Source: a virus (lineage: Duplodnaviria > Caudoviricetes). From it: a DNA stretch of 61,640 bases. Shown piece after piece: positions 39,476-47,979 of this stretch (within the stretch, counting starts at the first letter, position 1; every line of letters starts with the position of its first letter). The notes under the pieces are model-generated. The model ran no database searches. It saw only the letters and a program-made list of their open reading frames with translations, and was not told the origin of the DNA. Location: the IMG/VR virus record IMGVR_UViG_3300045747_000506, positions 1 to 61,640 of that record, one strand, 5' to 3'. The position numbers were made by a program, and so were the translations under genes.

Positions 39476-40417
39476 ATGGGTGATTCAAAAAAAGTTTTAG
39501 AGTTAATTGGTTCGGGCCTTGTACCTCACTTAGTAGGACCAAGGGGAGAGGGTAAGACTACTTATGTTAAAGATTTAGCTAAATTACTTAATAAAGAACT
39601 AACAATTTTAAATTTATCGGCCATTGAGGCAACCGACTTTTGCGGCCTTCCTTTTATAGAAAATAATCTAACAAAATATGCCCGACCTCAATTTCTAAAT
39701 AGTGATTTTCTATTTCTAGATGAGATTGACCGAGTGAGAGATAGTTCAGTAAAATCAAGTCTTTTATCTCTTTTAGTTGACCGTAAAATTCAAGGCCATG
39801 AATTAAAAGAAAATTGTATTATTATATCGGCCGGTAATGGCCAGGTAGAAGGCTATGACACCACTGATTTTGATATAGCCTTAGAAGATCGACTATTAAT
39901 TAAAGATTTTACTTACTCAATTTCTGAAAAGTTGGGCTATTTAAATGCTAAATATCCTCATAACACTTTTATTAAATTTTTAGAAATTAAACCTGAAATT
40001 TTAAGTGAATTTTCAGGCCGTAGAATTGAAGCTTTTTTAAAAGTAAATAATGTTCAATGTGAAATATTTTTTAACAAAGAAGTTGCTAGAATGTATAAGC
40101 ATTTTATAGAGGAAACAATGGTTACGTTAGATGATATTAAAAAGGGAGTTTACGACTTTAATATTTTATCGACTATTAGTAAATCAAGTTTAGTTATCGA
40201 CATAGTAAACGACTTTTACCGACTTGATACTAAAGACGCAAAAAATATAAATAAATTTATTAATCTTTTACGGGCCGAAGAAAAATCTAGTTATTTTACT
40301 AAACTTAAAAAATTATGTTTAGAAAATCCTGAAAATTTTACTGAAAAATCTAATGAGTTAAATGAGGCCGGTCTATTTAAAGGCCAAAAAGATTTTTTAA
40401 CCGAACTAACTAAGTAG
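39476..40417 (+). CDS. MoxR-like AAA+ ATPase
   Basis: GPRGEGKT, D..GLP, LFLDEIDR, SAGN, ALEDR. Confidence 0.9.
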   Translation: MGDSKKVLELIGSGLVPHLVGPRGEGKTTYVKDLAKLLNKELTILNLSAIEATDFCGLPFIENNLTKYARPQFLNSDFLFLDEIDRVRDSSVKSSLLSLLVDRKIQGHELKENCIIISAGNGQVEGYDTTDFDIALEDRLLIKDFTYSISEKLGYLNAKYPHNTFIKFLEIKPEILSEFSGRRIEAFLKVNNVQCEIFFNKEVARMYKHFIEETMVTLDDIKKGVYDFNILSTISKSSLVIDIVNDFYRLDTKDAKNINKFINLLRAEEKSSYFTKLKKLCLENPENFTEKSNELNEAGLFKGQKDFLTELTK

Positions 40418-40429
40418 GAGATTAATTTT

Positions 40430-41182
40430 ATGAGTAAGAATAAAATAATGACTAATATTGATAGCATGTTTAATCATTTTGGCCATAGCTTATTTATAGA
40501 CTATAAAAATAGATACGTTTTAGCAGAATTACAAAGCTATGGAAATAATCAACTTAATAATTTAAAGAGTAACTTAAATATAATTAAAAAAATTAAAGGC
40601 TTTAAAATTGATATATTTATTTCCGAAGATCACTTGAAATATTATATCTCATCCCCTACTTATGGCCGCGATACTATTGAATTCTTATTAAATGATGTAA
40701 TTTCTACTTATACGCTTTTTACGGGAAAATCAGATTTTGAAAATAGTATTCATACTATTAATTTTTCTAAATTAAAAAAAGTTACTAAAGACGAATTAAA
40801 CGTATTAAGTGAGATTAATAAAGAGAAAAAGAAAATTAATAAAATGTTAAAGACTTATTTAATCACGGGCCATAAAGCCAATATTAAATTAAAGCATTTA
40901 GATTTAAATAAGGCCCCTAAAATTATCATTTCAGCGTCGGATTGTTTTTTAGCTATAAAAAAAGTTGATCTAAAAGATTTAAAGAAATTTTACACTATTA
41001 ATAACTATCATAATACTAAAGAACTTAGAATGGATCAATTCGTCTATACTAAAGAGGCCGTTAAAAGTATCACTTTAGGCGATATTGAAAAGCTAAAAGA
41101 GTTAGGATTTACTTTCGATAATAAATGTACAATTTACAGTAAATTAGTTGCGACTAAGGTTTTAACTAATTTAGGAGATTAA
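40430..41182 (+). CDS. Early hypothetical protein
   Basis: 250-aa ORF with AGGAG RBS. Confidence 0.75.
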   Translation: MSKNKIMTNIDSMFNHFGHSLFIDYKNRYVLAELQSYGNNQLNNLKSNLNIIKKIKGFKIDIFISEDHLKYYISSPTYGRDTIEFLLNDVISTYTLFTGKSDFENSIHTINFSKLKKVTKDELNVLSEINKEKKKINKMLKTYLITGHKANIKLKHLDLNKAPKIIISASDCFLAIKKVDLKDLKKFYTINNYHNTKELRMDQFVYTKEAVKSITLGDIEKLKELGFTFDNKCTIYSKLVATKVLTNLGD

Positions 41183-41185
41183 TTT

Positions 41186-42340
41186 ATGAAAATATATAAA
41201 GCATTAGTAGAAATAGAAAAGAATTGTCCAGAAATATTTTATTTAATTAGGCATTGTAAAATTGAGGTAACTGATAAAATATCGTCGGCCAGTATTGGTA
41301 AAACAAAATCAGGATTTATAATGAAGATAAATGATCAATGGGTAAATAATTTTGATCAATTCAACCTATGTGCAATTATTGAACATGAGTTACTTCATTT
41401 AGTTTTATCTCATTGCTCTGAAATTTCTAGTTTTAGCAATCCTAAAATGGCCAATGTAGCACAAGATTTAATCATAAATGACATTGGCAACTATTTTCAA
41501 AATGAATCTAAATTAAATAGTGAACTACAGGCCGGTTGTTTTTTACATAAATTTAATAAGCAGTATAAAACTGAATTTAATTCTAATCAAAATACATCAC
41601 TAGAAATTTATAATTTTCTTTTAAAACAATCTGGAGAAAAACAAGAAAAAAGTAAATCATTCGATGAAGGATTTAAAGATGATAGCTCTAATGAGGATAG
41701 TGAAGGCCGGGCCGAAGAAAATGCAGAAATTGATTTAGAGGAAATTTTAAGTCAATCCGAACTATCAGAAATTGTTAAAAAATACTCTAAAGATTCTAAA
41801 GATCTTAAAAAGTTTTTTAGTGAAATTGAAAAAAGAAATAAAGATAAAAAGATTAAAAAAGCTATTGAGCAGTTTTTTAACTCTCATAAAGCTGAATTTA
41901 AAAAATCAATGAAGAAAAAAAATAAAAGATTTTCTTTTTTGCCTTATGGCCGTGTAAAAGATTCTAAACAAAAAATTTTAATAGCTTTAGACGTTAGTGG
42001 AAGTATGCTATGCCCTGACGATTTAGAAAAATTAAAAATGTCAGTAAATAGTGCAACTAGTAATGGCTTTCAGGTTGATTTAATTTTTGGAGATACTAAA
42101 AAAATTGGAGATTTTAAAGACATAAAGAATAATTTTAATTTTGAAGAAAATATTAAAGGTGGGGGCGGTACTGATTTAAAATTTATTTTTGATGAAAAAC
42201 TAAAAGACTACGATTGTACTGTAATTGTAACCGATGGGGAATTTTATCAGGGAGATATCCCGACTAAATTAAAAAGAGATTTACTATTTTTAAATACAAC
42301 ACTAAAAGAAATTTCAGGATTTAAAAACTTATTTATTTAA
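41186..42340 (+). CDS. Metallopeptidase-VWA protein (DUF2201-like), MoxR partner
   Basis: HELLH zincin motif, N.AQD..IN, MIDAS DVSGS, GGGTD, VTDG. Confidence 0.9.
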   Translation: MKIYKALVEIEKNCPEIFYLIRHCKIEVTDKISSASIGKTKSGFIMKINDQWVNNFDQFNLCAIIEHELLHLVLSHCSEISSFSNPKMANVAQDLIINDIGNYFQNESKLNSELQAGCFLHKFNKQYKTEFNSNQNTSLEIYNFLLKQSGEKQEKSKSFDEGFKDDSSNEDSEGRAEENAEIDLEEILSQSELSEIVKKYSKDSKDLKKFFSEIEKRNKDKKIKKAIEQFFNSHKAEFKKSMKKKNKRFSFLPYGRVKDSKQKILIALDVSGSMLCPDDLEKLKMSVNSATSNGFQVDLIFGDTKKIGDFKDIKNNFNFEENIKGGGGTDLKFIFDEKLKDYDCTVIVTDGEFYQGDIPTKLKRDLLFLNTTLKEISGFKNLFI

Positions 42341-42354
42341 AAAGGAGATATTTT

Positions 42355-43053
42355 ATGTGGGCCTCAAGTTGTAATTTAACTAAAAGAAGAGACGGTCATT
42401 TTACGAATTCGACTAAAACATGCGAGATTTTCGAAAATTGTGCTATGTCATACGCTGAAAAAATAGCGATAATTGATCATGAAAAACAGTATATTTTATT
42501 TAACGATCATATATTTAGTGTAACTACTAATCATCATCAAACTGCTACTTATTTTCATTTAGTAAAAAAATACCCTAATTATAAAAAATATTCATTTGAT
42601 AGTTATTCAATAAATGATTTTAATTTTAAAGACGCTAGGACATTAGGAAATGGGCTAATTTTTTCAGATTCACTAATTAGATTTATCTCTGAACAATACC
42701 CTACTAAAGATAATGAAGATTTTTTACATGAGTTACAATGGAAAAACATTTATAGAAGTGTAGAAAATGCAATTTATAAATCTAATAGAGATAAAGAAAA
42801 AAGATTAAATAAAAAGATTGAAAAATTAGATTTTAAAAGTATAGCCGATCTAGAAAAAGCCCTTGGAAAGAATACCTATGTAAAAATTAGAGGATATTAT
42901 TTAGAAAATGATGGCAATAAAAAGAACTTATTTTCTAAATATGTTTTAGATTACATTGATAGGTTTAACATAGTTGATAGATATAAACCTGATTTTATAA
43001 ATGTATTAAAAACTAATATTACTATTAATTCACTAGGCACATTAGGAGATTAA
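42355..43053 (+). CDS. Early hypothetical protein
   Basis: SY..IA..D...FSVTTNHHQ motif seen in phage early proteins; RBS. Confidence 0.7.
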   Translation: MWASSCNLTKRRDGHFTNSTKTCEIFENCAMSYAEKIAIIDHEKQYILFNDHIFSVTTNHHQTATYFHLVKKYPNYKKYSFDSYSINDFNFKDARTLGNGLIFSDSLIRFISEQYPTKDNEDFLHELQWKNIYRSVENAIYKSNRDKEKRLNKKIEKLDFKSIADLEKALGKNTYVKIRGYYLENDGNKKNLFSKYVLDYIDRFNIVDRYKPDFINVLKTNITINSLGTLGD

Positions 43054-43057
43054 TAAA

Positions 43058-43267
43058 ATGAAAATGTTAAAATTTAGTGAAATATTCCCTGAAAAATGTA
43101 TTAAAGAATTGTTAAAAGTTAAAGATAAAAAGTGTAAAAATTTTACTCCGATAATTGAGAAATATTTAACTGAAATAAATTCTAAAACTAATCAGGAAAA
43201 TGATTTAACTTATTTAGGTTACATGGCCGAGTACTTTTTAAAATTAGGAGGCGAAAATGGAAAATGA
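43058..43267 (+). CDS. Early hypothetical protein
   Basis: RBS; INSKTNQEND..YLGYM. Confidence 0.65.
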   Translation: MKMLKFSEIFPEKCIKELLKVKDKKCKNFTPIIEKYLTEINSKTNQENDLTYLGYMAEYFLKLGGENGK

Positions 43268-43454
43268 AAATAAATATAAAAAATCCAGAATTGGTAGGCC
43301 TGAAGAAATGGCCACTATATCAGCCTATGTACCGAAAAGTTTAGTAAAATTTATTAGAGATAATGAAATAAATTTTTCTTTTTTTGTGAGAGATAAATTA
43401 GATACTTTAATAAAAGAACATGTAGAGAAAATGAAACAATTTAATAAAGAGTGA
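43257..43454 (+). CDS. Ribbon-helix-helix DNA-binding protein
   Basis: GRP..MATISAYVP...NFSFFVRDKL. Confidence 0.6.
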   Translation: MENENKYKKSRIGRPEEMATISAYVPKSLVKFIRDNEINFSFFVRDKLDTLIKEHVEKMKQFNKE

Positions 43455-43458
43455 TTTT

Positions 43459-43719
43459 ATGATTTTAGAAATAAAAGAAAAAATTAAATCATTAGATAAA
43501 AAAGAAAAATTCATTCCTATAGGGAATTTTAAATTTCCTGTTAGGCCTATTAAGGCCCTTTTAAAATTGTTAAATTCTAAAGAAAAAATAAAATGTAATA
43601 TTTTACACGAAGGCCAGATATTAAAAATAGTATGGGGAGATAATAGAGGGTATATAAATTTTAAATGCGAGTATTATAACTATGAACATACTGATTTATT
43701 TAAAACATTAGGAGATTAA
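43459..43719 (+). CDS. Early hypothetical protein
   Basis: ORF in operon. Confidence 0.65.
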   Translation: MILEIKEKIKSLDKKEKFIPIGNFKFPVRPIKALLKLLNSKEKIKCNILHEGQILKIVWGDNRGYINFKCEYYNYEHTDLFKTLGD

Positions 43720-43722
43720 AAA

Positions 43723-43983
43723 ATGAATGATCAATTGAAAAACACTTGTCTTAAATTAGGCCTTGAAAAAAGACTAGATAATAACATTAAAAGGGTAGAA
43801 TTTAAATTTAACGAGTTTCAAAATAGCGAAAATGGAGTTATGGCCAGTGATTTAAATTTTTTAGAAGGTTTTATTAAAGCTATAAACGAGGAAAATGAAG
43901 AAATTAAAAAAGAGCTAGCCGTTATTAGTACCTTTAATAAATTAGGCGATAGTAATTTTACCATTGACGATATACCCTTTTAA
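43723..43983 (+). CDS. Early hypothetical protein with DDIPF C-terminus
   Basis: RBS; ends TIDDIPF like bacterial SSB tails. Confidence 0.7.
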   Translation: MNDQLKNTCLKLGLEKRLDNNIKRVEFKFNEFQNSENGVMASDLNFLEGFIKAINEENEEIKKELAVISTFNKLGDSNFTIDDIPF

Positions 43984-44009
43984 TCTTTAAATCTATCAAT
44001 TGAACGATT

Positions 44010-44034
44010 AGGGCCTCTAAATGGGGCCTTTTTT
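44010..44034 (+). terminator. Rho-independent terminator of the early operon
   Basis: AGGGCCTC-TAAAT-GGGGCCTT plus T-tract. Confidence 0.8.
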
Positions 44035-44602
44035 ATACTTTGTAATTAGTTCACCCTAATAAAATAAATCAAAAAACTATTTCTATTATTTTTCTAACAA
44101 TTTTATTATTTAAGTAGGTGTCTATAAATATCTATTTTTTAAAGAGATTTTTTGGCCTATTTAAATGCCTTTAAATCACTTAAAAAAGAAAATAGTTCAT
44201 TAGAACGATTATTTTTATAAAGAGTATTAAAGGAGGTTACAATCGATTTTGAAATTTTTAGATTTTTTGGCTTCTCAATATGCCTTTAAATCAGTTTTTA
44301 TTTCTACCCTAGCCTATAGGCCATGAATAATTATTCGATTTAAAGTCAAAAATTTCTCTTAAGAAACGTACTTTTTTACCGTCAATTTTACCTCTGGCCC
44401 GTCAAAGTTCAAATGAAATCCATTTTCTGGCCAGGAAAATTTTTTACAAAATTTCCAGATTTTTTTATTTTAGAAAACTCTCCAAAAATTTAAGCTTTTT
44501 GGAGATAGGTGCATAAAAATTAGCAACAATTTCTACAGAAATATTTGAAATAATTTCTAGGAATTTTGCATCAATTTGTGGGTAAAATATTTTAAGAATT
44601 GT

Positions 44603-44718
44603 GGTGGAATATTGGTGGATTATAGGTGGAATATTGGTGGAAAATGTAGGTAAGTTATGGTGGGAATATGGAAGAAATGTAGCGGAAACTTGGTGGAATA
44701 TTGGCGGTAAAGTTGCGG
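44603..44718 (+). repeat. 11-bp-period GGTGG(AATATT) tandem array
   Basis: GGTGG/GGCGG or degenerate copies at 44603, 44614, 44625, 44636, 44659, 44681, 44692, 44703, 44714. Confidence 0.9.
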
Positions 44719-44729
44719 TAAGTTATACT

Positions 44730-44786
44730 AACTTCTAGTATATAATTGCACCAACTTCTAGTTAATAGTTGCACTAGCTTCTAGTA
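44730..44786 (+). repeat. 23-bp-period direct repeat CTTCTAGT..TTGCAC
   Basis: CTTCTAGT at 44732, 44755, 44778. Confidence 0.85.
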
Positions 44787-44834
44787 AAAAACGGTAGATA
44801 TTAGGATTATATAGTTAGACTATTAGAAAAATAT

Positions 44835-44888
44835 GGCAGGTGGGGGACACTTTTCTAGCGTGACCCTCCTTTTTTACCCTACCCCCCT
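44835..44888 (-). other. GC-rich cos-like site B
   Basis: GGGGGGTAGGGTAAAAAAGGAGGGTCACGC on the minus strand in non-coding DNA. Confidence 0.35.
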
Positions 44889-45035
44889 ATTTAAGAGTAT
44901 ACAGAATTATTGCTAATGAAATTATGGCTGAAATTATCATTTATTTCATTTTCCTATAGACTGCAATTAAAAAACCAACGCTAATTAATTGGGCAATTAT
45001 TGACAACAATTTAAGAATTAGTGCTATGTCTTTAT

Positions 45036-45284
45036 TCATTTATTTTCCCCATATTTTTCAAGCCAAGCATCTCTTCTACATTGCTCATCTTCGTCGGGCG
45101 AGCATAGATTTTCAACAAATCCAATCGCCTCCTTGATCGCCTTATCTTTTTCAACCAACGCATTTAATATTTTATTCATCTCGCTAACCTCAACAATAAT
45201 TTGCTTTTCGTCTAATGACATAAATTTAAAATTCATTTTCCATCCGCTCTTCCTTTTTCTTTTATCCTTAAACACACCGAACAA
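45036..45284 (-). CDS. Hypothetical protein (true start probably MNFKF)
   Basis: Small gene in a coupled accessory cluster. Confidence 0.55.
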   Translation of the reverse strand: MFGVFKDKRKRKSGWKMNFKFMSLDEKQIIVEVSEMNKILNALVEKDKAIKEAIGFVENLCSPDEDEQCRRDAWLEKYGENK

Positions 45285-45433
45285 GTTATTTCATCGGATA
45301 TATTTACCATGTTCGCAATCTTGTTGCAAAAAGTTCTACCATTAGATTTTTCACCATGAAATAAGCCTACTCCTTTTGTTTTATAATACCAATTTTTCCA
45401 ACGCAATCTATCGGCTTCTGAGTTTTTATTCAT
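45233..45433 (-). CDS. Small Cys/His hypothetical protein
   Basis: H..C...ITCSVC pattern. Confidence 0.55.
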   Translation of the reverse strand: MNKNSEADRLRWKNWYYKTKGVGLFHGEKSNGRTFCNKIANMVNISDEITCSVCLRIKEKGRADGK

Positions 45434-45452
45434 TCACACTCTCACTCATTTT

Positions 45453-45695
45453 TTACTCTGCTATGTAATTAAATAACCTACAATCAATAAGTGTCTCAAT
45501 TAAACTTTGCTTATGAACAACTTTTATTTTTGTGCAAGTTTGCTCATTCTCTGGGAAGCAATCTTTAAGCATTTGAAGAAAACAGTTACACTTAAAAATA
45601 TCGTAGTCTAGCTCGTTTTCAATTGGCATCTTAAACAGTGAATAGTCACGAAAGAAACAATTCAAAAACAAGTTGTACAATATTTCGTCTTTCAT
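45453..45695 (-). CDS. Hypothetical protein
   Basis: ATGA overlap with upstream gene. Confidence 0.55.
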   Translation of the reverse strand: MKDEILYNLFLNCFFRDYSLFKMPIENELDYDIFKCNCFLQMLKDCFPENEQTCTKIKVVHKQSLIETLIDCRLFNYIAE

Positions 45696-45961
45696 TTACT
45701 TATCTCCAGATCATACTTTGACAATCTCTCATTCAACGCTGTTTCAAACTTTTTCTGTGCGTTTTCATCCCACTCATAAACTTCAGTTATTTTGCAAGTA
45801 AAATTCCCATCAAGGTCTGGTTCATTAAAAGGATCACTAAAAACTAAATCCCTTAACAATTCTTTTGCTTCTTCAATTGAATCTGCTTCAACTGAATACT
45901 CGCCTTCGTATGTGTATATAAACCCAACTTGATATTTCATTTTAAAAACCCTTATACTCAA
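45692..45961 (-). CDS. Hypothetical protein
   Basis: VEADSIEEAKE motif common in small phage proteins. Confidence 0.65.
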   Translation of the reverse strand: MSIRVFKMKYQVGFIYTYEGEYSVEADSIEEAKELLRDLVFSDPFNEPDLDGNFTCKITEVYEWDENAQKKFETALNERLSKYDLEISK

Positions 45962-46160
45962 ATATAAATCTTTGACTTAAAAAATTATCAACTTCCCTCT
46001 GAGAGCTAAGACCACATATAGATAATCCTTTAATTATTCCATTCTTTTTTGTCTCAATTAATAAGTCAAAAGGATGGCAATTGCATGGGTTTTGAGTAAC
46101 TGAAAAATTAAAAAAACATCTGTCCATAAAAAATCTTTCTTTCATGTTATTCATCTCCAA
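45942..46160 (-). CDS. Hypothetical protein
   Basis: ORF in coupled cluster. Confidence 0.5.
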   Translation of the reverse strand: MEMNNMKERFFMDRCFFNFSVTQNPCNCHPFDLLIETKKNGIIKGLSICGLSSQREVDNFLSQRFIFEYKGF

Positions 46161-46414
46161 ATATCTTTTGTTTTAATTGATTTTTTCTATCGTTCGTCCA
46201 CGTTAAAGCACTCGCAAATTCCCATGCCTTATCAAACTCGCTCTCCGTTATCTCAATCTTTTTTTCAGGTACTTCGAATTCGATAATAATTTTCACATCA
46301 GAAACTTGCTTTCTTTTATGGCTAGGTTAATATTGCAAGTATTATATTCACGCATGCTTAAGGCATAGTTTTCAAAACTATACCTATTTACCCAAAATTC
46401 TTTTCTAATTGTTT

Positions 46415-46750
46415 TCACTTTAAAACCTCCGCGATTTGTTCAATATCAAAAGGCTTGCTTAGTATTCCATCGTATAAGCTTCTATCAAACCTTCCTGTAT
46501 CACCTGAAAATCGGTAGCACTTAATCCCAATAGGTTTTAACACACTTGCAAGTAAATCTCCTTTACCCTCTAGTCCATCTATAAATGCGTGAGTAACCTT
46601 ATTAGTCTTGGCCAATGCTTCGGGAACATCGCTTGCAAGCTGAATTGATATGCAAACATTAATATTTAAGTTCATAATTAAATCTTGCATAATATCTAAA
46701 ATCTCTGGCTCGTCGTCCACGATTAATAAACTTATTTTTACTTCACTCAT
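46415..46750 (-). CDS. Stand-alone response-regulator receiver (CheY-like)
   Basis: LLIVDDEPEI, AFID (phospho-acceptor Asp), FSG, LSKPF. Confidence 0.85.
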   Translation of the reverse strand: MSEVKISLLIVDDEPEILDIMQDLIMNLNINVCISIQLASDVPEALAKTNKVTHAFIDGLEGKGDLLASVLKPIGIKCYRFSGDTGRFDRSLYDGILSKPFDIEQIAEVLK

Positions 46751-46956
46751 TTAAATATCGCCTCTATGATTAATTCAATCATGTGTCTGTGATCCTTTAT
46801 TGGCATCAAGGTTATTTTATGTAGGTCTTTAGCAAGCTTACGTCTATAGTTAATTTCACCGTCAACATATCCACTAGCGTAACATTGAATGGAGTTTGCT
46901 CTACCATTAGATTCAAAAGACTTTTGTATTTCTTTAAATTTTTCTTCATCGCTCAT
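46747..46956 (-). CDS. Hypothetical protein
   Basis: Start/stop overlap with receiver gene. Confidence 0.55.
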   Translation of the reverse strand: MSDEEKFKEIQKSFESNGRANSIQCYASGYVDGEINYRRKLAKDLHKITLMPIKDHRHMIELIIEAIFK

Positions 46957-47035
46957 TTAAACGCTCGATAAATATTATAAGAATTAAATGTTATAAAAAT
47001 AAATATAAAAATATTCTGAGCTAATTCTATCTTAC

Positions 47036-47245
47036 TCATTTAACACTCCTAATTTTTGGCTCTGGCTTATTTAGTATTTCACTTTCCACATTACACAATA
47101 GTGACCGTATCATCTCCACTCCATTATATAACCCTCTTTGATACTCACAACTATGTGCTGTACTTTTTAGAGACTTTTTTAACGACTCAATTGTCTTTAT
47201 TGTTTCTGTTAGTTTTCTAGTATGGCTACTCACCCTTACCTCCAA
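47036..47245 (-). CDS. Hypothetical protein
   Basis: EYQRGLYNGVE motif. Confidence 0.55.
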   Translation of the reverse strand: MEVRVSSHTRKLTETIKTIESLKKSLKSTAHSCEYQRGLYNGVEMIRSLLCNVESEILNKPEPKIRSVK

Positions 47246-47320
47246 ATATGTAGGACAAAAACGCTACAAGTATTACTAAAGCAACTAAGGATTGTTCTAA
47301 CTCATTTATGTATTCAGTTG

Positions 47321-47548
47321 TCATTGGGCCACACCTATTACCCCCAATATTAAGAAAACTACAGCAGCAGAGAAAACGATAAATGAAATTACTACCCATA
47401 ATAGGATTTCATACCCAGACATTTCTCCCCGTAACATTTTTTTAGGTAGCTCTAATTTTTCATAAGCTGGATATGACCTAGCAGCGATATCCAACATAAA
47501 AGTTTGCGACCCAACTGATTTTTTAGTTAGTTTATTTTCTGATTTCAT
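47321..47548 (-). CDS. Small membrane protein
   Basis: C-terminal hydrophobic helix. Confidence 0.55.
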   Translation of the reverse strand: MKSENKLTKKSVGSQTFMLDIAARSYPAYEKLELPKKMLRGEMSGYEILLWVVISFIVFSAAVVFLILGVIGVAQ

Positions 47549-47554
47549 AGTTCC

Positions 47555-47773
47555 TCAAAAGTTAAATAAATCGATATGCATGTTTGCTTTTTCAAAAATC
47601 ATTTTGAAATTATTTTTACGTTCCATAAATTCTTTTACTGTAAGTGTGGCAGGGCATTTACGACATCGTTTGATTAGCTTGTCTTTATTGCCTTCGAAGA
47701 TAGTCCAATGGGACCAAGAATGTTTTATACAATAAGGTTTTCCAATTAATTTTCTAGTTGCTACGGCATCCAC
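47555..47773 (-). CDS. Small zinc-finger-like protein
   Basis: C..H.W...RCRKC. Confidence 0.5.
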   Translation of the reverse strand: MDAVATRKLIGKPYCIKHSWSHWTIFEGNKDKLIKRCRKCPATLTVKEFMERKNNFKMIFEKANMHIDLFNF

Positions 47774-47797
47774 TATTAAATCCTAAAAAACCTACAT

Positions 47798-47979
47798 TGC
47801 ACATGAACTGCACATGAGATTTTAAGCGATTTTAGGAGTTAAATAGTTGGAATTATAAGAGTATAGATAGAAAAGGGGCCTCCTGCAAAGCCTCCATCTC
47901 TTCCGTAACATGCTGTAATTATTGGATATTTTTACAGCTTTTTGATCCTTGCACATGAGTTGCACATAGGATTGCACAT
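47798..47979. mobile_element. attP-like site: integrase arm-type repeats flanking a core
   Basis: TGCACAT x2 (47798, 47809) and x3 (47950, 47961, 47973), directly after the integrase stop; GC-rich core near 47875-47896 ending GCCTCCA. Confidence 0.7.

Noticed and set aside
41168-43719. Shared C-terminal LGD* in three early proteins as a targeting signal
   Set aside because: Explained by the next gene's RBS (TTAGGAGATTAA) overlapping the stop
44603-44790. CRISPR mini-array
   Set aside because: Units are 11 or 23 bp with no unique ~30-bp spacers; no cas genes
47870-47920. Complete tRNA gene
   Set aside because: No T-loop or D-loop cloverleaf; only a short tRNA-like fragment. No tRNA genes were recognised elsewhere by eye
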